Notes under the pieces: model-generated
Databases searched by the model: none
Seen by the model: only the letters and a program-made list of their open reading frames with translations
Told to the model about the DNA's origin: nothing
Assembly: GCA_038065095.1 (NCBI GenBank)
Contig: JBBTRR010000004.1
Location: forward strand, 15,998-79,997
Direction: 5' to 3'
Length of the DNA: 64,000 nt
Source of the DNA: Patescibacteria group bacterium
GTDB taxonomy: Bacteria; Patescibacteriota; Minisyncoccia; JACQLN01
Translations under genes and position numbers: made by a program
Shown: in pieces, positions 19,654 to 28,639 of the stretch
Position numbering within the stretch: position 1 is the stretch's first letter
Layout: each line of letters starts with the position of its first letter

Positions 19654-20220
19654 ATGGATAAAAATAGTTTTAATAAATTAGGTCCAACTAAAAAGAAAAT
19701 AATATTATTGCTTGCTGGGGGAGTAGGGCTTTCTTTGGCAGGCACGCCCAAGAAATATTTTGGTGTTATTAAAAGTGTAGCAGATGAATGGAATAAAATT
19801 AATGAGACGTCTCTTAAGCGGGCTATAAAGTCGCTTTATGAATCAAAATTGATAGAGGCTAGGGAACATGAAAATGGTTCTATGACTGTAGTTCTTTCGG
19901 AAAACGGCCGTAAAAAGGCCTTAACTTATAATATGGATACTATGGCCATTAAAAAACCCGCCATTTGGGATGGTAAATGGCGAATGGTTATGTTTGATAT
20001 TCCTAATAAAAGAAAAAAGGAAAGAGATGTATTGAGAAATATGCTAAAACAACTTGGGTTTATAAAATATCAAGAAAGCGCCTTTATTTTGCCTTACGAA
20101 TGCAAAAACGAGGTAGATTATGTGGTTGAATTCTTTAACCTCCGCCCGCACGTTAGGTTTTTAGAAATAAGTAAATTTGATGATGACTTAGCTTTAAAAA
20201 ACAGATTTGGGTTGGTTTAG
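19654..20220 (+). CDS. PaaX-like winged-helix regulator
   Basis: N-terminal wHTH-like region; C-terminal WDGKWRMVMFDIPNKRKKERDVLRNMLKQLGFIKYQESAFILPY resembles the PaaX C-terminal domain. Confidence 0.45.
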   Translation: MDKNSFNKLGPTKKKIILLLAGGVGLSLAGTPKKYFGVIKSVADEWNKINETSLKRAIKSLYESKLIEAREHENGSMTVVLSENGRKKALTYNMDTMAIKKPAIWDGKWRMVMFDIPNKRKKERDVLRNMLKQLGFIKYQESAFILPYECKNEVDYVVEFFNLRPHVRFLEISKFDDDLALKNRFGLV

Positions 20221-20239
20221 TGGTCTAGGTTTTAACTAA

Positions 20240-20271
20240 TCTCATTTACTCGCTCGAGCGAGAAGATGAGA
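20240..20271. repeat. CTCGAG-centred palindrome, copy 3
   Basis: tctcatttactcgctcgagcgagaagatgaga downstream of the PaaX-like gene, followed by a second terminator hairpin acctccgaagggttacccttcggaggt. Confidence 0.6.
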
Positions 20272-20351
20272 AGGGTATTAAAAATTATTTAAAACCTCCG
20301 AAGGGTTACCCTTCGGAGGTTGATGAGATTAATGGTTGAAATGAATATTTT

Positions 20352-20864
20352 TTACCAATCAGTATTCTCTAGAACTGTTTTAGCCAATGAAACAACTCTG
20401 CTGTCTTTATAATTTGGTTCAACTTTTTTTAGTAGTTTCTCTATAAGTTCTCTCCAATTACGCCTTCTTTGTGGGTCAGGACGCATATTTTCATCGTACA
20501 TTGTAGCTGTTTTATCAACTAATTTTAGTAATTGAACCAAAGAAGATTTTTTATCTATATCTATTTCTTCTTCCCATGTTTCGTGAGTCATTTCTTGAAC
20601 TATCTTGGCGACTTCTGGCTCCACCCACTCTGGAAGTTTTAGGCTCGTATCCTCAAGGACGTCGTGTAGCAAAAGAGCTTGGTAACCAATGCGACGCTCT
20701 TCGTACGGTATACGAGTATCGTTTAATAAAACCATTGCGCACCAAATTGGATGAACAACAAAAGGAACTTTACCGTCCTGTCTAAAATCTTTTTTTATAC
20801 AATGTTCTTGGTGTGCACTGTAAACAAAGTCTAAAAGCTTTTTAAATTCTTTTGGTTGTATCAT
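20352..20864 (-). CDS. HD-domain phosphohydrolase
   Basis: FVVHPIWCAMVLL ... ALLLHDVLEDT contains H...HD...D metal-binding residues. Confidence 0.65.
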   Translation of the reverse strand: MIQPKEFKKLLDFVYSAHQEHCIKKDFRQDGKVPFVVHPIWCAMVLLNDTRIPYEERRIGYQALLLHDVLEDTSLKLPEWVEPEVAKIVQEMTHETWEEEIDIDKKSSLVQLLKLVDKTATMYDENMRPDPQRRRNWRELIEKLLKKVEPNYKDSRVVSLAKTVLENTDW

Positions 20865-20874
20865 GTAAAATATT

Positions 20875-21366
20875 TTAAAGAATGACTTCTTTGAAACGTT
20901 CTAGTATTTTTTGAGGGTCAGAAACCTTTATTAACTCCAAAGCACCTTGCAAATCCCATAACCTTTTTTGGCCTCTTTCTGGGTGACGAAAAGTCGCACT
21001 GAGTTTTCTTAGTAACATGTCCTCAGCGGTCATAACATTAATAGTTTTATCACCTACTTCTTTTTCTGTTGAGTTATACTTTTTTAGAGTTGTGGGATCA
21101 AGAATAAGATCTAAAATTGTTTCTTCTTTTTTTAGTGTAACAATTAGTACAGTTTTCTTCAATTGATTTCTATTTATCTCCACCCAGCCATTATTGATAA
21201 AGTGTTTTAACCACGAATTTAGCTGTATTTCGTTGTCTAAGGTAACATCAAAGTCGTCTGAATAGGGAAAATTAGGAACGTGTAAGCTCAAGCCATAACT
21301 TCCTATAACAACGTAGTCTTTTTGGGTGGAAATAAAATCTATTATTTCTAAAAAGGTTATTTTCAT
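20875..21366 (-). CDS. Hypothetical protein, possible minimal nucleotidyltransferase fold
   Basis: VIGSYGLSLHVPNFPYSDDFDV loosely fits GS-x(n)-DxD. Adjacent to and co-directional with the HD-domain gene. Confidence 0.35.
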   Translation of the reverse strand: MKITFLEIIDFISTQKDYVVIGSYGLSLHVPNFPYSDDFDVTLDNEIQLNSWLKHFINNGWVEINRNQLKKTVLIVTLKKEETILDLILDPTTLKKYNSTEKEVGDKTINVMTAEDMLLRKLSATFRHPERGQKRLWDLQGALELIKVSDPQKILERFKEVIL

Positions 21367-21373
21367 ATATTTG

Positions 21374-21447
21374 TGGGCGTGCTAGGACTCGAACCTAGAA
21401 CCGCAGAGGTATAAGCTCTGTGCTCTAACCAATTGAGCTACACGCCC
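21374..21447 (-). tRNA. tRNA-Ile (anticodon UAU)
   Basis: Hand-folded: GGGCGTG-TA-GCTC-AATTGGTT-A-GAGC-A-CAGAG-CTTATAC-CTCTG-CGGTT-CTAGG-TTCGAGT-CCTAG-CACGCCC-A. Anticodon loop CU-UAU-AC, discriminator A73. Confidence 0.75.
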
Positions 21448-21547
21448 TACTTCGCTCCTTCGGAGCTATGTAGGGCAAGCCCCTACATATGAATTCACTT
21501 TAACTAAAAATCCCTCCTTATTCAAGGAGGGATTTTTTACTGTTCTT

Positions 21548-23401
21548 TTATGCTACTGATCCCGATATCCGCATACTTTTCATCAACTCTTCAAATTCGG
21601 TTTGTTCAATAGTTTCTTTTTCTATAAGCACAGAGGCGATTTTGTTTAAGGCGTTTCTTTTTTCTTTAACAATTTTCATAGCAGTCTTATAGGCTCTATC
21701 TATAAAGCTGGAAACTTCTTCGTCTATTCTTGTGGCCACACTTTCGGAATAATTTCTATTTTCGCCCATTTCTTTGCCCAAAAACACTAATTTTTCTCTT
21801 TCACCAAAAGTTACCGGACCCATTTTTTCCGACATACCATATTCGGTTACAATTCTTCGAGCTAAATCGGAAGCAGTTTTTAAGTCGGAATGTGGGCCAG
21901 TGGTAACATCGCCAAAGACTGTTTTTTCGGCAGCGTAGCCACCAAGTAACGTAGCCAGCTCGTCTATAAACTTGTTTTTAGAATAAAAATTTATTTCTTC
22001 TGTCGGCAATTTTAGTGTATAGCCTCCAGCTCGTCCGCGTGAAATTATAGAAATTTTATGAACGGCATCCGCATTAGAAAGGGAAGCGGCTACTAAGGCG
22101 TGGCCGGCTTCGTGGAAGGCTACAATTTCTTTTTCTTTGGCAGAATAAACCTTACTGCGTCTTTCGGGGCCCATCATAACTTTTTCTATGGATTCGGTAA
22201 GTTCGGTTTGGGTAATTTCTTTTTGATTTTTACGAGCTGCCGAAATAGCGCCTTCATTCATCAAGTTAGCCAAATCGGCACCACTAAAACCTGGGGTTCG
22301 TTCCGCAATCTTTCGTAAAACAACATTAGCAGACAAAGGTTTACCTTCGGAATGTATCTTTAAAATTTCCTCACGATTTTTAATATCTGGCTCGTCTATA
22401 ATTACGCGCCTGTCAAACCTGCCTGGGCGCAATAAAGCTGGGTCTAAAATATCTGGCCTATTAGTGGCGGCTATAACAATAACGTTGGTGTCTCTATCAA
22501 AACCATCCATTTCTACCAGTATTTGGTTTAAGGTTTGTTCGCGTTCGTCGTGGCCTCCACCCATACCCGAACCGCGGTGTCGGCCTACAGCGTCAATTTC
22601 GTCTATAAAAACAATGGCAGGTGCCTGTTTTTTGGCATTGCTAAATAAATCTCTAACCCTAGAAGCGCCAACACCCACAAACATTTCCACAAATTCTGAA
22701 CCAGAAATATGAAAAAAAGGCACGTTAGCTTCGCCAGCCACCGCACGGGCGAGCAAGGTTTTGCCTGTGCCAGGCGAGCCTATTAAAATTACACCCCTAG
22801 GAATTTTGGCGCCCATACCCAAAAACTTGGCTGGGCTTTTTAAAAATTCCACAACTTCTTTTAATTCTTCTTTAGCTTCATCGGCGCCGGCCACATTTTT
22901 AAAAGTTATTTTTTCTTTATTGGCATCAAATAACTTGGCTTTAGAAGCGCCAAAATTAAAGGCCTGCATTTGGCCGCCTTTGGCTTGGCGAAACATAAAG
23001 TAAAAGAAAAGTAAGATTAAAATAAACGGCAGTATTGTGGGTAAAATATTTATTAAAAAGTAACTTAAACCGCTCTCGGTTTTAACCTGAATATTTATTT
23101 TCTTTATATTATCGTCACTTATGCCTAAGTTTTTTAAACTTTCTAAAAATGAACCAGAGGCTTCTTTATAGGTAACTGCTTTAGACTCATCGGTTAGGGT
23201 AAGCTCAACTTTGTCTCCAGAGATTAGAGCGGTTTTAATCTCGCCCGATTTAGCTTTTAGGGCTAGATCGGAAAGGGAAATAACATTTTCTTTAGCAAAA
23301 AAACCACTGGCTCCTGAAAATAGGGATACCAAAACCATAAAAATTACCAAAGCAAAAAGTATATTTTTTAACACATCTTTCATAGAAATATAAAAAATCA
23401 A
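21548..23401 (-). CDS. ftsH: ATP-dependent zinc metalloprotease FtsH
   Basis: Two N-terminal TMs, AAA+ Walker [14 protein letters not shown], second region of homology, zinc site HEAGHAL. Confidence 0.93.
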   Translation of the reverse strand: MIFYISMKDVLKNILFALVIFMVLVSLFSGASGFFAKENVISLSDLALKAKSGEIKTALISGDKVELTLTDESKAVTYKEASGSFLESLKNLGISDDNIKKINIQVKTESGLSYFLINILPTILPFILILLFFYFMFRQAKGGQMQAFNFGASKAKLFDANKEKITFKNVAGADEAKEELKEVVEFLKSPAKFLGMGAKIPRGVILIGSPGTGKTLLARAVAGEANVPFFHISGSEFVEMFVGVGASRVRDLFSNAKKQAPAIVFIDEIDAVGRHRGSGMGGGHDEREQTLNQILVEMDGFDRDTNVIVIAATNRPDILDPALLRPGRFDRRVIIDEPDIKNREEILKIHSEGKPLSANVVLRKIAERTPGFSGADLANLMNEGAISAARKNQKEITQTELTESIEKVMMGPERRSKVYSAKEKEIVAFHEAGHALVAASLSNADAVHKISIISRGRAGGYTLKLPTEEINFYSKNKFIDELATLLGGYAAEKTVFGDVTTGPHSDLKTASDLARRIVTEYGMSEKMGPVTFGEREKLVFLGKEMGENRNYSESVATRIDEEVSSFIDRAYKTAMKIVKEKRNALNKIASVLIEKETIEQTEFEELMKSMRISGSVA

Positions 23402-23496
23402 ATATCAAACATAAAAAATCTTGAATTAGTTTTTTATATTTTATTTTTGATACTTAATTTAAAACTTGTTAAGTCTAACACATTGAATATAAGATG

Positions 23497-24648
23497 TCAA
23501 CTCTGGATAGAGTTTTCAGTGTTTTCGCTGGTTTTAAACTCAAAAGCTGGTTGTAAGGCTAGTTTGTATTCTTTTGGTTCCAAGGTGGAAACCTTAAAAG
23601 GATAGGTTTTTCCTATCTCCATAGCAGCCGCCATATCTTTGTAGGTTTTAAATTCTGAAATATGAGCTAAGCCTTGAATTTCTGAATCTAGCTTAACGAA
23701 AGCACCAAAAGGGTTAAATTTAACAACTGTACCCTCAACCACATCCCCCTTTTTATATTTGTTTTCAACTTCATTCCAAGGATTTGGCTTTAAAGCTTTT
23801 AAGGAGAGGGATATTTTGTCGCCTTCAACAGAAATAACCTTGGCTTCCATTTTATCGCCTATTTTTAAAACGTCGCTAGGTTTTTCTACCAATTGCCAGC
23901 CTATTTCCGAAATATGTATTAAGCCCTCAATACCATTAAATGTAACAAAAGCTCCAAAATCAACTAAACCAGATATTTCTCCTTCCACAACATCACCTAG
24001 GTTATAGCCAGAAAGTTTAGCCTCCATTTCTTTAGATATTTTAGCTTTTTCTGAAAGTATGATCTTTTGGTTTCTTTGATCAAAGTCTATAACTTTAACT
24101 AAAATTGTTTGGCCAACAAATTTCTTAAGTATTTTTAATATTTCTTCTTTGTCTCCGCCTTCAACGTGGGGATAATTTTGGCTGGAAAGCTGAGAAACTG
24201 GCAAAAAAGCAGCGAGTCCTTCTACTTGGGCGGTTAAGCCTCCACGGTTAGCTCCGGTTATTTTAGCTTCTATAACTTCGCCACTATTTTTAAGATTCCT
24301 TATAACATCCCAAGATTGGTCCATGGTAGCTTGTATCAAAGACACTTCTACTAACCCATCTTTATTTTCTATTTCGGTTATTTTAACGTTTAAAACATCA
24401 TCTTTTTTAAGATCTTGGAAACTAGTGTTAAAAGATTCCATATCACTTTTATAGAGAACACCAGTTCTAAAGCCGGTTAAATCTAAATATATTCTATTTC
24501 GGCCTTTGTCTATGACTAGGCCTTGTAAGGTATCGCCCACCTTAGGTACTACAATATTTATGTTTTTTTCCAGAAGTAAGTCCTTCATGGATTGAACCTC
24601 TTTTGGAGAGGCTGTGGAGACGGAGGTGTTTGTTTCGTTAGTATTCAT
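23497..24648 (-). CDS. rpsA: 30S ribosomal protein S1 (four S1 domains)
   Basis: 383 aa with repeated S1 OB-fold motifs (GDVVEGEISGLVDFGAFVTF..., GDVVEGTVVKFNPFGAFVKL...). Confidence 0.85.
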   Translation of the reverse strand: MNTNETNTSVSTASPKEVQSMKDLLLEKNINIVVPKVGDTLQGLVIDKGRNRIYLDLTGFRTGVLYKSDMESFNTSFQDLKKDDVLNVKITEIENKDGLVEVSLIQATMDQSWDVIRNLKNSGEVIEAKITGANRGGLTAQVEGLAAFLPVSQLSSQNYPHVEGGDKEEILKILKKFVGQTILVKVIDFDQRNQKIILSEKAKISKEMEAKLSGYNLGDVVEGEISGLVDFGAFVTFNGIEGLIHISEIGWQLVEKPSDVLKIGDKMEAKVISVEGDKISLSLKALKPNPWNEVENKYKKGDVVEGTVVKFNPFGAFVKLDSEIQGLAHISEFKTYKDMAAAMEIGKTYPFKVSTLEPKEYKLALQPAFEFKTSENTENSIQS

Positions 24649-24690
24649 ATTTTGTGTAGAAACTATAACAGAATAGGCTAACTACATCAA

Positions 24691-24740
24691 CCCCGTTAGA
24701 GACAGAGGGTCGCTACGAGTCCTCGCGGTCTCTAACGGGG
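24691..24740. promoter_or_regulatory. 13-bp inverted repeat hairpin upstream of rpsA
   Basis: ccccgttagagac-(24 nt)-gtctctaacgggg in the rpsA 5' region, at the boundary of the GC-elevated TA island. Confidence 0.35.
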
Positions 24741-24782
24741 TCAAGTTTTGAGAAGAAAGATAGATATGGTAATATATTTTTT

Positions 24783-25004
24783 ATGAATGGGACTATAATC
24801 AAAAATAAAGAAGTAACGCCTTTGGGTATTAGTAAAATTCGCCGATTGTTTAGTGTTGGGTCAGAAATCACCGAACTAGCAGAGGAGGTTTTAGAAGAAT
24901 TAGGGGAATATAAACAAGAGTTTATGTTAGGATTGGAGAAGTCTGTTAAAGAGTTCAAAAGCGGAAAGCTTAAAAAGATTAAGTCGTTAAAGGACCTTAG
25001 ATAG
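24783..25004 (+). CDS. Putative type II antitoxin (partner of downstream RelE-like toxin)
   Basis: 73 aa, charged helical C-terminus, immediately upstream of a RelE/ParE toxin gene. Confidence 0.45.
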   Translation: MNGTIIKNKEVTPLGISKIRRLFSVGSEITELAEEVLEELGEYKQEFMLGLEKSVKEFKSGKLKKIKSLKDLR

Positions 25005-25020
25005 GTTCTTTTTTGATTAT

Positions 25021-25284
25021 ATGAGGAATATTTTTATAACCCCACAATTTAAAAAAGATTTATCTGAAGTTTATAAAAATATTTTTGTTAAGGCTGATAC
25101 AGTTTTATTTATATTAAAGTTAAATCCAATAGATTTTTCGCTTAAACCTAAAAAATTAAAAATTGGTAAAAATTTATGGCGGGTCAGGGTCGGCACTCAT
25201 CGTTTAGTTTATTCATTCAATAAGGATTCTTTAATACTTTTGAGAATTCGCCACCGCAAAGATGTTTACAGAGGTCTAAAATAA
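25021..25284 (+). CDS. RelE/ParE-family toxin
   Basis: 87 aa; ...KLKIGKNLWRVRVGTHRLVYSFNKDSLILLRIRHRKDVYRG is typical of RelE/StbE. Confidence 0.7.
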   Translation: MRNIFITPQFKKDLSEVYKNIFVKADTVLFILKLNPIDFSLKPKKLKIGKNLWRVRVGTHRLVYSFNKDSLILLRIRHRKDVYRGLK

Positions 25285-25288
25285 AAAT

Positions 25289-25313
25289 TCCCCCGACGCT
25301 TAGCGTCGGGGGA
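25289..25313. terminator. GC hairpin terminator (cccccgacgc family, copy 1)
   Basis: aaaaa-tcccccgacgcttagcgtcggggga between convergent genes. Confidence 0.6.
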
Positions 25314-25334
25314 TAGTGTGAATACGGCTTGGAT

Positions 25335-25769
25335 TTAATGACCTTCTAAAAATTTTAGAATATAATCAATGTATTTATGATAATCCCTTAAGCAATCATT
25401 AATAGAAGCATATACTTTTTCGTAATCTATTTTATCGTATTCATGCACTAAAAGATTTCTAGTGCCGATGCTTTTGGCGATTTCTTGGGCAAACTCTTTA
25501 GGGTAGATGTCTAAATCCGAAAGCCTTAAAAATGTTTCTCGGTAATCTTTAGGAGGCATGGTGTTTGCGGTGGCAAGTTCGGCAATAAGGTGTTCGTTGA
25601 TGTCTATAGCCCGCGAGATTGTTCGTTCCAAGAGCCGTTCTACCGTAGCTTGTTTTAAAAAATCTCCCACAATTTCTTCAATGGAAAAATTAGATAATTG
25701 AGCGAGTTTGCTCAAATCATCCTGAATAAGAGATATTTTTCTCTGAATTAAATCTTTTTTAAACATCAA
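25335..25769 (-). CDS. HEPN-domain toxin (DUF86-like)
   Basis: 144 aa; GTRNLLVHEYDKIDYEKVY contains the Rx4-6H HEPN motif. Downstream of an MNT gene (MNT-HEPN order). Confidence 0.7.
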   Translation of the reverse strand: MMFKKDLIQRKISLIQDDLSKLAQLSNFSIEEIVGDFLKQATVERLLERTISRAIDINEHLIAELATANTMPPKDYRETFLRLSDLDIYPKEFAQEIAKSIGTRNLLVHEYDKIDYEKVYASINDCLRDYHKYIDYILKFLEGH

Positions 25770-25770
25770 A

Positions 25771-26193
25771 TTATATAGCTAGAGCCTCTTGCCTCTTTTT
25801 TATAATTAACGATTCCAAATCACGTAATGACTGGCTGTCTATATAGTCTTTGAAAGCGAAGATACGATAGTCTTGGTAAGAAGTTTCATCACCGTAAAGC
25901 AAGATTCCGTTTTGGGTGGCTTCATAACGTAAAAGTATATTAGCTGGCGACAAATCTACCAGATCTATTTTTCTAAAGCCCGATGACAAAGCGTCCGGTA
26001 GTTCGCTACTGATGTTTAAGAAGGATTTATAATCAAGTAAACTATGGTTTTTCCGCAAAACCGCTATGTCTATGTCGCTGGAATCCTTCATTAAACCAGA
26101 AGCCGCACTACCAAAAACCACCACAAACTTCAGGTTGTAGTTTTGGGCGATTTTTTCCACTTGCAGTTTGCTATCCTTTATATTCAACATCAT
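25771..26193 (-). CDS. MNT-type minimal nucleotidyltransferase (HEPN/MNT antitoxin)
   Basis: VVVFGSAASGLMKDSSDIDIAVL matches the GS-x9-DxD NTase motif; 1-bp spacing to the HEPN gene. Confidence 0.75.
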   Translation of the reverse strand: MMLNIKDSKLQVEKIAQNYNLKFVVVFGSAASGLMKDSSDIDIAVLRKNHSLLDYKSFLNISSELPDALSSGFRKIDLVDLSPANILLRYEATQNGILLYGDETSYQDYRIFAFKDYIDSQSLRDLESLIIKKRQEALAI

Positions 26194-26238
26194 GGCATTA
26201 TCTTAACTAAATTTACAGAATAAAAAAAGCCCCGACGC

Positions 26239-26261
26239 AATGCGTCGGGGGTAAGATAAAA
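26239..26261. terminator. GC hairpin terminator (cccccgacgc family, copy 2)
   Basis: aaaaaaa-gccccgacgcaatgcgtcggggg. Confidence 0.6.
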
Positions 26262-26263
26262 TT

Positions 26264-26803
26264 CTATTTTTGCAATCTTAGGCTACTCGGTAGCTCTATT
26301 AGTCCCTGCCCTTTTCTTTCTGGCCATTTTGGACCAGCCTCTCTTTCCTTCTTGGCATTTTTACGGTCGCGGAATTTTTGGGCGAGCCAGAAAAATGGCC
26401 AGCTGACCACTTTAATTCCCGCGCTGTCTCCGCCGTCTACCACAATCGGTTTGCCGAACCAGAGGCCGACGAGGGTTGTGAGAAATCCGACAATGGCATA
26501 GGAAGTAAAACATGCCCTATTAAGGTAGGATGTTAAATCTAAGAGGTCTTGATACATACTTTCCTTGATGACCAACAAAGTAGATGTCGCATCTGCTACA
26601 AATAACAGCATTATGCCTATGATTGTGCCAAATAAGACAGCAGGTACATTCGATCTCTCGGATTTTTCATAGCGTATCTTAGCAGTCAAAATCGCTGACA
26701 GTGTTAAAGTGGCGGAGCAGACTAGCCAAATGAACACGTTGCTTGGTATGGCGGGATGGTAATAGGACAAAGTCCATCTGTCATTGGCTAACGACGACCA
26801 CAA
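26264..26803 (-). CDS. Small multi-TM membrane protein, hypothetical (inside TA island)
   Basis: 179 aa with three to four hydrophobic helices; locally GC-elevated sequence; bounded by GC hairpins. Confidence 0.45.
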   Translation of the reverse strand: MWSSLANDRWTLSYYHPAIPSNVFIWLVCSATLTLSAILTAKIRYEKSERSNVPAVLFGTIIGIMLLFVADATSTLLVIKESMYQDLLDLTSYLNRACFTSYAIVGFLTTLVGLWFGKPIVVDGGDSAGIKVVSWPFFWLAQKFRDRKNAKKEREAGPKWPERKGQGLIELPSSLRLQK

Positions 26804-26967
26804 AGTCTGGCCGAGATCGACAAGGATGAACGAGAAGCCAAGCTAACTTTTTCATAGGATTCTCCTACGTTTAGAGTTTTAGAAAGTGCTAATATTAATT
26901 CTAGCCATTTAGATAATATATTGTCAATAGTGAGAAAAAAGGATGGGTGTGGTAAAGTTTTACCAAT

Positions 26968-27222
26968 ATGGAAACTTACACTTATCGTATTATTATAGAG
27001 TCCGATGAAAATGGCACTTTTCACGGCTATGTGCCAGCTTTGCGGGGTTGTCATACTTGGGGCAAGACCCTGGCAGCTACTAGGGAAAATATCAAGGACG
27101 CTATAGATGTTTATTTGCGTAGCTTGAGGGCTGACGGCGAGATTATACCGCAAGACAACGGCATTGAAATTTTAGAGACTGTTAAAATTTCTCCAATAAA
27201 AAAATCTCCAATCTATGCCTAA
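26968..27222 (+). CDS. hicB: HicB-family antitoxin (UPF0150)
   Basis: 84 aa; YRIIIESDENGTFHGYVPALRGCHTWGKTLAATRENIKDAI is typical of HicB/UPF0150. Confidence 0.7.
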   Translation: METYTYRIIIESDENGTFHGYVPALRGCHTWGKTLAATRENIKDAIDVYLRSLRADGEIIPQDNGIEILETVKISPIKKSPIYA

Positions 27223-27445
27223 GTTGCCGGTTATCAGACATCAGCAACTCATCCGAGTTTTAAAGAAACTTGGTTTTTTTGAACACCCCGAGCGTGGCAG
27301 TTCTCATTTAGTTTTTAAAAATTCCGATGGAAGAGTAACTACTGTAGCGCGTCATTCTGGCGATTTTCCGCGAGGTACTCTGCGGAGTATTCTCCACGAT
27401 ATTAGAATTTCTCCAGAAGAATTTATAAAATTGCTCAAAAAATAA
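27215..27445 (+). CDS. hicA: HicA-family toxin
   Basis: 76 aa; ...GSSHLVFKNSDGRVTTVARHSGDFPRGTLRSILHDIRIS matches the HicA/YcfA consensus. Overlaps hicB by 8 bp. Confidence 0.7.
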   Translation: MPKLPVIRHQQLIRVLKKLGFFEHPERGSSHLVFKNSDGRVTTVARHSGDFPRGTLRSILHDIRISPEEFIKLLKK

Positions 27446-27448
27446 AAT

Positions 27449-27472
27449 CCCCGACGCGTGGCGTCTGGGGGT
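27449..27472. terminator. GC hairpin terminator (cccccgacgc family, copy 3)
   Basis: aaaa-tccccgacgcgtggcgtctggggg-tgtttatttttat. Confidence 0.6.
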
Positions 27473-27579
27473 GTTTATTTTTATCAGGGTTTAGCCTTGT
27501 AAATTTGGTGTCAAGATAGCAGTTTGGGCATTGAATCAACAAAAAATGTGTGTTAAATTTATACGGTATTTAATTCCCA

Positions 27580-28179
27580 ATGAACATTTTTTGGTACGGA
27601 AAAAACTCTGTGGGTATTGATAGCGGCGAAAATTCGCTTGTGGCGAGTCCTTTGGATTTGGAAAAAGAATTAAAACCTGCCTCGTCGGCAGGCAAGTCGG
27701 CTAGGGGTGCTGATGTGGTTTTGGCATCTAAAGAAGGCGAGGCAGATAGAAATATAAAAACTAATTCTTTTTTAATAAATAACCCGGGCGAATACGATGT
27801 TAAAGGGTTTTTTGTTATGGGCTTTGGAGGTTTTGGCGAAAATATGGCTTATACAATAGAAACAGAGGGAGCAAGAGTTTGTCATTTATCTGGGTTAGAT
27901 AAAGAATTAACAGATGGGCAAATAGAAAGCCTTTCCGATATAGATATTTTGTTAATAGATATAGGTATCACTGAAGATTCTAATGAAATTGCTAGCAAAA
28001 TAGTTAATCAGATAGAACCAAGAATAGTTATTCCGATAGGTTATAATCCAGAAAAGAAAGCCTCGGTATTTTTTAAAGAAATGGGCGCTTCCGAAGTTGA
28101 ACCGCAGAACAAATTGAATATAAAGAAGAAAGATTTACCACAGGAAGAAACGAAGATGGTAGTGTTGAATGTGTCGTAG
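27580..28179 (+). CDS. Hypothetical protein (weak MBL-fold-like pattern)
   Basis: 199 aa. Pattern of short beta strands and DID/LLID motifs reminiscent of UPF0173/MBL-like hydrolases, but the His motifs are not evident. Confidence 0.3.
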   Translation: MNIFWYGKNSVGIDSGENSLVASPLDLEKELKPASSAGKSARGADVVLASKEGEADRNIKTNSFLINNPGEYDVKGFFVMGFGGFGENMAYTIETEGARVCHLSGLDKELTDGQIESLSDIDILLIDIGITEDSNEIASKIVNQIEPRIVIPIGYNPEKKASVFFKEMGASEVEPQNKLNIKKKDLPQEETKMVVLNVS

Positions 28180-28286
28180 CTTATGCCAATATACGAATTT
28201 ATGCGAATGATACGAATGGAACAACGAATTTTATGATATTTGGTTAGTTATTAGTATAATTCGTATTCATTTGTAGATTTGCATAT

Positions 28287-28634
28287 ATGAGTTTATATAA
28301 TTTCGTTTACAATCTTCAAAGAAAAAATAATAAAACCAAAAAAAGGATTTTGATAGGGCTTTTGGTTGCCTCCTTTATAGTGTTGATGTTTTTTTGGGTC
28401 TTGATGTTTAAAAATCAATTACAAAAAATAGATTTATCACAAAAATCTGGGGCGACTAAATTATTGGGTGATGAAGAAAAAATTGTAAGCCCCTTAGCCG
28501 CATTGATCCAAGGTTTTAAAAGTTTAAAAGGTAGTGCGAGTAAAAAAATTAATGAATACGGAAATACGGTTTCAAATAACAAAGATATAGAATCGCAAAA
28601 AGTAAGAACAGTATACGAATTACCAGTAGAATAG
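28287..28634 (+). CDS. Small membrane protein, hypothetical
   Basis: 115 aa, single TM ([21 protein letters not shown]), upstream of gyrA. Confidence 0.4.
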   Translation: MSLYNFVYNLQRKNNKTKKRILIGLLVASFIVLMFFWVLMFKNQLQKIDLSQKSGATKLLGDEEKIVSPLAALIQGFKSLKGSASKKINEYGNTVSNNKDIESQKVRTVYELPVE

Positions 28635-28639
28635 AAAAA

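Noticed and set aside
22100-23003. Plus-strand ORFs inside ftsH (22100..22318, 22464..22712, 22761..23003)
   Set aside because: They are antisense to a full-length, motif-complete FtsH gene; the same applies to the antisense ORFs within pnp, gyrA, hppA, tig, gpmI and pilB.
26788-27153. Minus-strand 121-aa ORF
   Set aside because: It overlaps the well-supported HicB gene on the opposite strand and has no protein-like features.
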